A stretch of DNA of 46,102 bases. It comes from Bacteriovoracia bacterium (lineage in GTDB: Bacteria > Bdellovibrionota > Bacteriovoracia > Bacteriovoracales > Bacteriovoracaceae). The position numbers were made by a program, and so were the translations under genes. Positions within the stretch are counted from its first letter, which is position 1; every line of letters starts with the position of its first letter. Shown piece by piece: positions 38,238-46,102 of this stretch. The notes beneath the pieces were generated by a model, which worked only from the letters and a program-made list of their open reading frames with translations, made no database searches and was not told the DNA's origin. The DNA lies in contig JBKHVI010000017.1 of the NCBI GenBank assembly GCA_046570105.1, forward strand, positions 1 through 46,102, read 5' to 3'.

Positions 38238-38762
38238 CTATTTCGCCTGCTGCCAACATGCCATCAAAATCTCTTCCACCCAATCAATCTTTTTTTGCAA
38301 GAGCCGATCATGTGTCACATCAAACTCAAAGCCAGCAAACTTCCAAAGGCCGCCGCGTCGATAGCCGTTACTGGCATAGGCACCGAGAACCTCACAGAAG
38401 TCCTCGGTGCCGTTGACCATGGCATACCAACTCACCCATCCACCTGGCGCTGGAACATCCTGTTCCATAAGCTCAATCGCTTTGGTGCGTGAAAGCCCTG
38501 GGCTCTCACTCACAAAGCGGGATAGAAGCTTCAGTGGGACGACGTACTGATCTATGAGCGCGTGGCCCAATTCATGATAAACAAATTCGCGTAAAACGGG
38601 CCCCCGTGCTGAACGTGGGAGCATTAATTGTCTGGTTGAAATATCGTAATAGGCATCAAAAGGTTTCGCCCAGAAGCGGGGCTTTCGTAGAGTTAAAGGA
38701 ATGCCGTGGCCCTTTTGAAAATCATCAATCAAACGTTGCGTGGTATGAATCGGTGGTGTCAT
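38238..38762 (-). CDS. Zinc-binding metallopeptidase (zincin, Peptidase_Mx-like)
   Basis: HELGH and SWYA...EDFCE; SD AAGGAG before MTPP (38762). Confidence 0.75.
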   Translation of the reverse strand: MTPPIHTTQRLIDDFQKGHGIPLTLRKPRFWAKPFDAYYDISTRQLMLPRSARGPVLREFVYHELGHALIDQYVVPLKLLSRFVSESPGLSRTKAIELMEQDVPAPGGWVSWYAMVNGTEDFCEVLGAYASNGYRRGGLWKFAGFEFDVTHDRLLQKKIDWVEEILMACWQQAK

Positions 38763-38956
38763 GCGTTTTCTCCTTAAAAGAACATGAGAAAGCAAACAGC
38801 GGGCCAAGGCATAGGTCTGCTAAGGACTTGATAAACAAGAACGAAACGGTAATAAGGAGAAAAAATCGGACAGTCCCGAGGAAATTTTTTCTCTTCGAAC
38901 AAGAACAACATGTCTTTGATTGCAGAAGAGTTGAATTAATCTCTTCTCACCTCACT

Positions 38957-38985
38957 ATTCTATAAAAACAGGCGATCGATTTCAA
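38957..38985 (-). promoter_or_regulatory. Sigma70 promoter reading toward the zincin gene
   Basis: Minus strand TTGAAA-17 nt-TAGAAT. Confidence 0.55.
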
Positions 38986-39099
38986 CGCACCAAAAAGCTT
39001 TAAATTCAATGCCAACTTATTGAAGTTTTGAATAACTTCTGCAGAATGTCATAGCAAAACTGTTGGTCGCCTACTGCTCTTTTGTCTTACAATATGCTG

Positions 39100-41010
39100 A
39101 TGAATAAACCTGTTTTCACTCCTCCTCAAAATGTCGCCGATGTTCTCTCTCGCCTCACGCCGCCTAAAACTGCGGTCGTAACAGGTGGTATGCCCTATGC
39201 CAACGGCCCACTTCATTTGGGACATATGGCGGGAGCGATAGTACCTCCAGATATTATGGCGCGCTATCTGCGTATGTGGATTGGCGCTGAGAATGTTTTG
39301 TTTGTTTCCGGAAATGATGATCATGGATCGACATCAGAAGTGGCGGCTCACAAGGCCGGTATTCCAGTGCGTGAATTCATCGACAAGATTCATGATCAGC
39401 AAGTCGCCACCACCACTCGCTACGGCATTTCCTACGATATTTTTTCTGGTACTTCACAGCCCGATTGTTACCCGACCCACGTCGAAACGTCGCAAGAGTT
39501 TATGAAAAAACTTTGGGACAATGGTTTGCTAGAGAAAAAAACCACGAAGCAATGGTTTGATCCCAAGCTCAGTCGCTTTTTGCAAGATCGAAACGTCACG
39601 GGCAAATGCCCCAACACAAATTGCACTAACGAGCGCGCTTATAGTGATGAGTGCGAAGTCTGTGGCACGCAGTACGATCCTTCACAACTACTTAGCCCCA
39701 AATCATCACTCTCTGATGCGACACCTGAGCTCAAAGACACCGATCATCTTTGGCTCGATATGTGGAAGGTGGGCGATCAGCTCACTGAGTGGATCAAATC
39801 GAAACAAAATAAGTGGCGTAAAGGTGTCTTTAACGAAGTTTTTGAAACAGTTCAGCCAGCTTTTCAATTTGATAATACTCACGAACCACTTTTTAAAGAA
39901 ATGCGTCCGACACTTCCCAAACATAAGTCGCGCTACGCTCCTGGAAAAAAAGTCGTGGTGCAATTTGAAAATAAAGCTGACTTCACTACCGGTCTTAAAA
40001 TGCTTAACGACGCCGGTGTTCCTACGCAATTAATGAATGGCTGGGCACTGCGCTCAATCACGCGTGATGTGACTTGGGGCATTCCAGTTCCCGCAACGAT
40101 AGATCCCAGCATGAAAGACAAAACTCTTTACGTCTGGCCCGACTCACTGATTGCTCCGATCTCATTTACGAAAGTCGCCTTAAAGAAAAAAGGCCGTGAC
40201 CCATCGGAATATAAACGCTTCTGGAAAGATCCCGAGTCGCGTATCTTTCAATTCTTGGGGCAAGACAACGTTTACTTCTATGTGCTTATGCAAGGAGCGA
40301 TGTGGCTGGGAGTGAAAGATAATTGGACGATGACCGATGTCTACTCTGTTTTTCATTTGCTAGTTAATGGTGAGAAGATGAGTAAGTCGACCGGTAACTA
40401 CTACACTGCCGATCAGTTGACTGAAGAGATGGATTATCACCCGGATCAACTGCGCTACTTCCTCTCAACTCTGGGTCTCGCCGATAAGCAGTCTAATTTT
40501 GATTTTGAGACGTTTAAAGAACGCAACAAGTTCTTAGCGGGACCTATGAATGCAGCGATTGAGAAGCCCATTTCCGCGGCTCATTCGCGCTTTGAAGGAA
40601 AGGTGCCAGAAGGCAAACTCTTAGAGAAGGCCGAAAAAGAAACCATGAAGATCATCCAGATGTATGTGAAGAATATGGAGAAAGCCGAGTACTTGACTCT
40701 CTTGGGTCAAATTGAAAACTACGCACGTCTCATCAATTCATTCTTTGTGCAGTACAAGCCCCATGACGATCGTGCCGACCTACAAGGTCGCCAAGATGCC
40801 CTCTATTCATGTTTCTATGTTTTAAAAAATCTCATGATTATGCTCTACCCCTTTGTCCCTCAGACGATGGATAAGGTCAGAAAGTCACTGAATCTTCCTG
40901 AGAGTGTTTTTCAATTAAATGAGTTGGGGGCAGCGATTCCTGCCGGACATAGCGTTGGCCAGAAGCAAGTATTCTTCCCAGCGGTAGAGGGTGTTGAGAT
41001 GCAAGAGTAA
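39100..41010 (+). CDS. metG: Methionine--tRNA ligase
   Basis: MPYANGPLHLGH, SGNDDHG, ITRDVTWGIPVP, YVWPD and KMSKS. Start at 39094 or 39100. Confidence 0.95.
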   Translation: MNKPVFTPPQNVADVLSRLTPPKTAVVTGGMPYANGPLHLGHMAGAIVPPDIMARYLRMWIGAENVLFVSGNDDHGSTSEVAAHKAGIPVREFIDKIHDQQVATTTRYGISYDIFSGTSQPDCYPTHVETSQEFMKKLWDNGLLEKKTTKQWFDPKLSRFLQDRNVTGKCPNTNCTNERAYSDECEVCGTQYDPSQLLSPKSSLSDATPELKDTDHLWLDMWKVGDQLTEWIKSKQNKWRKGVFNEVFETVQPAFQFDNTHEPLFKEMRPTLPKHKSRYAPGKKVVVQFENKADFTTGLKMLNDAGVPTQLMNGWALRSITRDVTWGIPVPATIDPSMKDKTLYVWPDSLIAPISFTKVALKKKGRDPSEYKRFWKDPESRIFQFLGQDNVYFYVLMQGAMWLGVKDNWTMTDVYSVFHLLVNGEKMSKSTGNYYTADQLTEEMDYHPDQLRYFLSTLGLADKQSNFDFETFKERNKFLAGPMNAAIEKPISAAHSRFEGKVPEGKLLEKAEKETMKIIQMYVKNMEKAEYLTLLGQIENYARLINSFFVQYKPHDDRADLQGRQDALYSCFYVLKNLMIMLYPFVPQTMDKVRKSLNLPESVFQLNELGAAIPAGHSVGQKQVFFPAVEGVEMQE

Positions 41011-41040
41011 AAAAAAACCGCCCAAAGGCGGTTTTTTATT
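41011..41040. terminator. Bidirectional intrinsic terminator
   Basis: A-tract-ACCGCC-caaa-GGCGGT-T-tract. Confidence 0.88.
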
Positions 41041-41480
41041 TATTGCTGAGGAGCAGCTGGGTCTGTACCTTCACCATTTTCAGGATCTTCATAGTACATC
41101 AAGAAATCGGCTGGTTTTTCAGAATCGATGAGTGCAAGCTCAACCACATCCTGACCCAGTGATTTCGTAGCATCGAAGATATCAATGAAGAGACCGATCT
41201 TGTTTTTTACAATCCCATTGGTCTTGTCATCAGCATTAACTGATTGGAACAAGAACATCCCTTCACGTGGCTCAGTCACACTGAATTCACCTTGAAGGAA
41301 AGCTGAATCAGGGTGAGTGAACATTGCAGCACGCTTTTTCTCTGACATCTTGGCATACTTCGGATTGAGAACAAATTCTGCCACATTGTTATCACGCAAC
41401 TTCAACACTACATCATCACGCTTGTAGTACTGAGAAAGATACGGACCTTTTAGAAAGTTTTTTCTCCAAGTCGACTCAAG
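41040..41480 (-). CDS. Hypothetical protein, apparently a C-terminal fragment
   Basis: The frame stays open upstream of the GTG at 41408 (LESTWRKNFLKGPYLSQYYKRDDV) with no ATG or SD, and abuts the divergent ORF. Confidence 0.6.
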   Translation of the reverse strand, partial: LESTWRKNFLKGPYLSQYYKRDDVVLKLRDNNVAEFVLNPKYAKMSEKKRAAMFTHPDSAFLQGEFSVTEPREGMFLFQSVNADDKTNGIVKNKIGLFIDIFDATKSLGQDVVELALIDSEKPADFLMYYEDPENGEGTDPAAPQQ

Positions 41481-41482
41481 CT

Positions 41483-42406
41483 TTGCTAGCTTATAAGCAG
41501 TACGTGCCGGCTTCAGTGCCTTCTAATTACGAATCTCAAACCGCGTGCGAGAAACAAGAAGTGTTGTGGCAAGAAGTTCAAAAATCTCTCCATGCTGACC
41601 TACCGGTTTACGATAAATTTGGCGTCATGCAATTAATCAAAATGAGTTTTCAAGAATTAAAACTTAAAGGCGAACACTTCTCTGATTTTGCCCCACAAGG
41701 CTGGACGAAATATATCCATCGCCGTGGCGCTCTCGCCAAAGTAAAAATCGTGGCGCGTGACCATGCTTACACTGGCGTCTTGAAAGGTGCTGATTGCGCT
41801 CTTTTGCGTCTCTCCCTCACCTATAAAGCTAAAGGAAGTAAGCCAGTAGCTCCTGGTCTTGCTCTTAAAATTTTACGCGACGGCAATCCCAGCGCTAACC
41901 TCTCTGCACTCGTCTCACTAGAGGGCCAAGGGGATGATTTCAATTTCATGCAAAGACCCATGTCAAATATTGTTCCCATGAGTAGCAAACTCGGTCAAAA
42001 ACTCGTGCACAGATTGTTCGGTAAAGTTTCATCTTATCCAGAAGAGCTAGAGCTCAATCACTTTGCTGATTTAGATTCACAAGGTGTAACGGTGCAATCT
42101 CCAAAAGCTCCTCGCCAAGTCTTCTTCGTTCCCAAGCTTTCTTTCGCATCGACTGAACATGATGTGCGTGAAGATTTCCTCAGCATTCCACAAGGCTCAG
42201 TCATTTACGAGATTCATGCTTTAGGTGATGAACACAAAAGTTTTGATTACGGCAATTACACAGACGAAAAAGCTGAAGAGTTTCTCAAAGCTTCAACTCA
42301 CATCGCAGACATTGTAACGACCTCTGAATTCGCAGCCTCTTCATTTGGTGATGATGGTCTCTTCTTCCGTCACGAAATGCGTCCGAAGCAGACGGGAAAG
42401 TACTAA
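41483..42406 (+). CDS. Heme-dependent catalase-like fold protein (N-terminus probably missing)
   Basis: KYIHRRGALAKV, YTGVLKG, LLRLS and PGLALKILRDG..SAN. Confidence 0.6.
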   Translation: MLAYKQYVPASVPSNYESQTACEKQEVLWQEVQKSLHADLPVYDKFGVMQLIKMSFQELKLKGEHFSDFAPQGWTKYIHRRGALAKVKIVARDHAYTGVLKGADCALLRLSLTYKAKGSKPVAPGLALKILRDGNPSANLSALVSLEGQGDDFNFMQRPMSNIVPMSSKLGQKLVHRLFGKVSSYPEELELNHFADLDSQGVTVQSPKAPRQVFFVPKLSFASTEHDVREDFLSIPQGSVIYEIHALGDEHKSFDYGNYTDEKAEEFLKASTHIADIVTTSEFAASSFGDDGLFFRHEMRPKQTGKY

Positions 42407-42457
42407 TTAACCCAGCACTTTTTGGTCATTGCATTAAATCTTCCCCCGTTTTAAAAT

Positions 42458-42508
42458 AAAAAAACTGGTGAGGGGTTAACCCCATGCGCGACCATGGGCC
42501 CTCACCAG
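42458..42508 (-). terminator. Intrinsic terminator (long imperfect hairpin)
   Basis: CTGGTGAGGG...CCCATG-N6-CATGGG-CCCTCACCAG, with an A-tract on the plus strand (T-tract on minus). Confidence 0.7.
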
Positions 42509-42531
42509 AAATCATCCCTTCATTCGTGAAT

Positions 42532-43422
42532 TTAAAACGCGTAAGTATAGGTGATAGCAATCTGAGCATTGTTATTGCTGATGATCTGCGAATCATCTTC
42601 AAAACTCATGACATACATATCAAATCCAAGTGACAAGAGATGGCGCTTCTTAAAGGCGCCTCCCCAATTGAAAGCAAACTCAAATTGCTCGACAACTTCA
42701 CCTGAAGATTGAAAGGCGGGACCTGCGCCCATTTTGACTCTAAAATAAAGTGAAGAGTATTGCATGAGATAGTCGTAACCCAGCATTGGCCCCCAAGAGA
42801 AGGCCTGAAAGAAGCGACTATAAGTAATATCTTCTTCGGTTAATTCTGCGAGATGCTCAGGTGCTAAATTTTCAGGCAAAGTGAGGCGCCGACGATCAAG
42901 ATTGAGTCCCGCAAACCACGAACGCGAATGATTAAAGCCTTCATTAGTGGCGACTCGCTCAATCAGCTTCTTTCCATCACGTACGTAATTCAAATGCTCA
43001 GAATTTCCATAGTAGTGAATACGACCGTTGAGCGATTTGACTTCATAATCCTTATAAAATTTTGAAAGCCCACCCTCTTTCACCACCGCGCCTCGATAGT
43101 GTTGATAGTTTAGTCGGAAATCAAAATGCCGAAGATGAAAATTGAAGCGAATGTCTTGATACTTACTTCTAGGAAATTCTTTAAACTGAGACTCATTGCC
43201 GGTAAAAAGATAGGCCAATCCAATATACTTCGTCTCAATCGCCAGACCGCTACCACTGGCGACATTTGGCCTAAACGTCAGCGCCTTCTCTTGATCCGGA
43301 TTTTTTAACTCTACATCGCTACTGACTGTCGTAACTGCAAAGCCAGCGGAATGAAGCCAATGCTCTTTTTGAGCAAAGGCGCAATGAGATACAAAGATAA
43401 TCAGGATTAATATCCATTTCAT
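42532..43422 (-). CDS. Putative outer-membrane beta-barrel protein (DUF4421-like)
   Basis: Signal peptide; FRPNV; QHYRG; alternating beta-strand pattern; C-terminal YTYAF. Confidence 0.65.
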   Translation of the reverse strand: MKWILILIIFVSHCAFAQKEHWLHSAGFAVTTVSSDVELKNPDQEKALTFRPNVASGSGLAIETKYIGLAYLFTGNESQFKEFPRSKYQDIRFNFHLRHFDFRLNYQHYRGAVVKEGGLSKFYKDYEVKSLNGRIHYYGNSEHLNYVRDGKKLIERVATNEGFNHSRSWFAGLNLDRRRLTLPENLAPEHLAELTEEDITYSRFFQAFSWGPMLGYDYLMQYSSLYFRVKMGAGPAFQSSGEVVEQFEFAFNWGGAFKKRHLLSLGFDMYVMSFEDDSQIISNNNAQIAITYTYAF

Positions 43423-43449
43423 GAGATAAGTTTATCTTAGAAATGAATT

Positions 43450-43929
43450 TTATTCTTTAGGTTTTGCGACCACACCACGAACTCGAGCTGTGACGCCTTT
43501 CAAAACTTGACGCAGATATTGGTCACCGCATTCTTTATAGTTTTGATGGCCCTCTTTACGAAAGAGCGCGCTTAACTCTGACTTTGAGACTTCGAAGCCG
43601 CCCTCTTTTAAGATTTCCATGATGTCCGTGTCCTTGAGTTCAAAGGCGACACGCAGTTTTTTTAAGACAACATTGTTGGTGGGAAGATCAGTGGTAAGAG
43701 GTGGGCGACTGGTATCGCGTCCACGCTTTAGATAAATCATGCCATTGAGAAAATGCGCCAAGACGTTTTGCTTGCATGCTACAAAGCCGGGTTCATCTTC
43801 TTTTTTTATATAGGTATTAATCTCGGCCTGAGTGACCTGACCGCCACCCATTTTGACAATTTCAACCATCTCAAACTCGTTCACGTTCAAGATATAGCGC
43901 AGACTTCTAAGAACATCATTATTAAGCAT
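43450..43929 (-). CDS. yehS: DUF1456 (YehS) family protein
   Basis: NNDVLRSLRY, FLNGMIYLKRG, NNVVLKKLRVAF, SKSELSALFRK and CGDQYLR. Confidence 0.92.
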   Translation of the reverse strand: MLNNDVLRSLRYILNVNEFEMVEIVKMGGGQVTQAEINTYIKKEDEPGFVACKQNVLAHFLNGMIYLKRGRDTSRPPLTTDLPTNNVVLKKLRVAFELKDTDIMEILKEGGFEVSKSELSALFRKEGHQNYKECGDQYLRQVLKGVTARVRGVVAKPKE

Positions 43930-44006
43930 GAAGAGATTGTACTTAATCCTTCTAAATATGTCTCTATGACTTGCTGTTTGTTTGTGTTGGGTAGAAGATA
44001 ACAAGT

Positions 44007-44810
44007 ATGTGGAATTTTAATGGCTTAACCTTTCGACAGTTGTTTGGGCAAACCTGTCATCAATTCAAACATAAGCACTTGCTTGATCAATCGGCTAAGC
44101 TGGCCTTCTATTTTCTACTCTCCTTTTTCCCCATTTTATTATTTTTAGTCGCCCTGCTTGGACTCTTCCTTCACGCTGAAACCAATTTTCAAACGACTCT
44201 CTATTCATACCTCACTTCCGTCGTGCCCTACTCAGCAACAGGATTGATCAATACATCTTTAACTGAAATTACACGCGATAGTAATGGTTTAAGCTTCTTT
44301 CTGATTTTGCTATTTACCTGGTGGACGGCAACCAGTGCGATGCTGGCCTTAATTGAGGCGATTAATCTTTGTTACGATCTTCGACTCACTCGAATTTGGT
44401 GGAAAAAATATCTGCTCGCCTGGAGTCTAACTTTAGCGGTGATTGTGTTTGCAGCGATGAGTATCTTGGCCTTAGTTTATATTCCAGATACTTTCTCCAT
44501 TTTGCGCTGGTTGGTGTTGCTCGTTTTTGTTGTGCTCACACTCAACACAATCTTTCACTATGCTCCCAATCGAAAACGCGCGCTTACATTCGTTCCGATG
44601 CCAGGAACTGTGCTGGCCATGTTGCTTTGGCTGTTTGCCACTTTTGGTTTTAGAATCTATCTTCTTTATTTCAACAAATACGCCATCATCTACGGCTCAA
44701 TTGGAGTCGTGATCATCTTGTTGTTATGGTTTTATTTAACCGGAGCGGCGCTTTTATCAGGCGCCGCGGTCAATGCTGAAATCGAAAAGCAGAAACTATT
44801 TAAGAAGTGA
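44007..44810 (+). CDS. YihY/virulence factor BrkB family membrane protein
   Basis: SAKLAFYFLLSFFP, PGTVLA, YGSIG, LLWFY and GAAVNAE. Confidence 0.9.
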   Translation: MWNFNGLTFRQLFGQTCHQFKHKHLLDQSAKLAFYFLLSFFPILLFLVALLGLFLHAETNFQTTLYSYLTSVVPYSATGLINTSLTEITRDSNGLSFFLILLFTWWTATSAMLALIEAINLCYDLRLTRIWWKKYLLAWSLTLAVIVFAAMSILALVYIPDTFSILRWLVLLVFVVLTLNTIFHYAPNRKRALTFVPMPGTVLAMLLWLFATFGFRIYLLYFNKYAIIYGSIGVVIILLLWFYLTGAALLSGAAVNAEIEKQKLFKK

Positions 44811-45143
44811 TTCGCCAGCTGCTGAGCCTTTGAACATCACGCCATTACTTCGATAGTAGCTGCCACTTGGGCTTGCAGAAAAACTTGGAATGACCAAGGC
44901 CAGTTTAAATTTTTCTTTGAGCTTAATCTTCTTTAATACCAACGCCAACTTTGCAAACGCCTCTTTATCTTCTGGAACGATATCGACAAAGAAGAAAGAA
45001 TCTTTTGCTCCAGAGCTGTCTTGCAATTTCAGACTGAAGTTCTCTTTCTCTTGTTTGATATCAAGAATTTTGACGTTATCCAGATTAGCAGCATTTGCAT
45101 TTGTCATAAGTAGTGCCAGGGTAAGAATAAATAGTGTTTTCAT
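44796..45143 (-). CDS. Exported hypothetical protein
   Basis: SD AAGGA; signal peptide MKTLFILTLALLMTNANA. Confidence 0.75.
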   Translation of the reverse strand: MKTLFILTLALLMTNANAANLDNVKILDIKQEKENFSLKLQDSSGAKDSFFFVDIVPEDKEAFAKLALVLKKIKLKEKFKLALVIPSFSASPSGSYYRSNGVMFKGSAAGESLLK

Positions 45144-45153
45144 ATGATGATCC

Positions 45154-45416
45154 TTATTGCTCTTTTACGCCGGCTTCATTTGCAGGCTTATTCGCCTCTG
45201 AAGCTGGTGTCTCTTTCTCAACTCCACGATCGACATCGTTAACTTTTATTTCTGTCTGTACTGTCTCTGCAACAATGTCTACACTGCCTTCCACTTCTTT
45301 AAAGCTACAAGAAGCACAGGTCGGAGTAAAATTATAATGCCCCTTATAGGGATAGATAAATTCTTTGTAGTTAAAATCGGCCACGCCCTGACTGACAGAA
45401 GTCACACTGTAGTTAT
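45154..45416 (-). pseudogene. 3' remnant of a gene interrupted by the IS256-family element
   Basis: The frame stays open up to the IS end (NYSVTSVSQGVADF...EAGVKEQ*), with no SD or ATG before the junction. Confidence 0.6.
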
Positions 45417-46102
45417 GGTGGTGTAAGAAATCTTGTGTAAATTCTGATTTGGCCTAAGCATGGCCCTCTCCATAGAATTGGTTTGCTTCAACTAATTTTC
45501 AAGGAGATAGACCATGCTACAGGTTGATGTGAATGTATCGGAACTGAGGGAATTCGCCAAGCGACTCCCGGAGCTCAAAGAAGGAATTTTCCCGCTGATG
45601 AACCTGGATCTGAAGGCGACCGCAACTCAGTTTCTGAACGACCTCTTGGCCGCCGAGTTTTCACTCTTTATCGGTCGGGAGAAGTACGAGCGAGATCTTG
45701 TGGAGATTTCTTCACGAGTTCTTCGCAATGGGCATTACCAGCGCTCATTTGCGGTCAAGGGTCTAGGTCGGCTAGTGGTCAGGATTCCACGAGATCGCGG
45801 CGGGAAATTCAAGACAAAGGTCTTAGAGCCCTATCGCCGGATGGAGGCGAGCCTCGAAGAAGATCTGGCGGTGCTCTACCTGATGGGTCTCTCCACTCGC
45901 GGGTTAGCGTTGATCTCGAAGCGCCTCACCGGCACGGCCGTGAGTCACGATAAAGTCTCGGACTGCTCGGCCCGCATCGTGGAGTCGGTTGAAGCTTGGA
46001 GAACGAGACCGATTACGGATAGTTTTAAATACCTCTACCTCGACGGCACGAACTTCTCCATGAGAGTAGACGGCTCGGTGGAGAAAGTGAATGTTCTGGT
46101 GG
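45417..46102 (+). mobile_element. IS256-family insertion sequence (left end; runs off the window)
   Basis: Terminal sequence GGTGGTGTAAGAAATCTTGTGTAAA resembles IS256-family inverted repeats; GC rises abruptly; a transposase follows. Confidence 0.85.
45514..46102 (+). CDS. IS256-family (Mutator-like) transposase, partial
   Basis: SD AAGGAG; MLQVDVN...RNGHYQR...RIPRDRGG...LYLMGLSTR...YLYLDG (first Asp of the DDE triad). Absent from the ORF track because there is no stop in the window. Confidence 0.93.
   Translation, partial: MLQVDVNVSELREFAKRLPELKEGIFPLMNLDLKATATQFLNDLLAAEFSLFIGREKYERDLVEISSRVLRNGHYQRSFAVKGLGRLVVRIPRDRGGKFKTKVLEPYRRMEASLEEDLAVLYLMGLSTRGLALISKRLTGTAVSHDKVSDCSARIVESVEAWRTRPITDSFKYLYLDGTNFSMRVDGSVEKVNVLV

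Noticed and set aside
38990..39100. T-box or SAM riboswitch before metG
   Set aside because: No T-box or S-box motifs, and metG appears leaderless.
507..45337. The many short (about 60-160 aa) ORFs in the track that overlap the called genes (e.g. 5539-5862, 16789-17097, 39557-40033)
   Set aside because: Antisense or alternative-frame shadows of well-supported genes, with no SD and no recognisable motifs.
45411..45441. Hybrid IS256 promoter driving the truncated gene
   Set aside because: The -35 TTTACA is present, but the best -10 at 18 nt (CATAAC) lacks the key T residues.
1..46102. CRISPR array, tRNA/rRNA genes or prophage
   Set aside because: No regularly spaced repeats, cloverleaf or rRNA-like stretches, or phage genes were seen.

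Overview
Gene-dense chromosomal segment of moderate GC (about 40-45% by eye). It most likely comes from a predatory Bdellovibrionota bacterium (Bacteriovorax/Peredibacter-like); this is inferred from the short flagellin, the MetRS variant and the many small exported orphan proteins. It carries about 50 CDSs, including rmuC, dsbA/dsbB, an orphan M.SinI-like cytosine methyltransferase, rsuA-like and RsmC-like RNA modification enzymes, a fatty-acid desaturase, a flagellin, selD with a frameshifted mnmH, yegD, metG and several transporters. It ends in the left part of an IS256-family element that truncates a host gene. No rRNA, tRNA or CRISPR array was seen. Most notable: (1) a translationally coupled cassette of type III PKS, a membrane protein with a duplicated Glu/His motif and a UbiG-like methyltransferase, next to CBS/cytochrome c genes that carry an FNR-like box at -41.5 (candidate polyketide-quinone, low-oxygen system); (2) at least 13 genes with a -10 hexamer exactly 6 nt before the ATG, mostly without a Shine-Dalgarno sequence (pervasive leaderless mRNAs); (3) an exported 1108-aa atypical-kinase-like protein; (4) a NADAR protein with a signal peptide. 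All family calls come from motif recognition by eye, not database searches.
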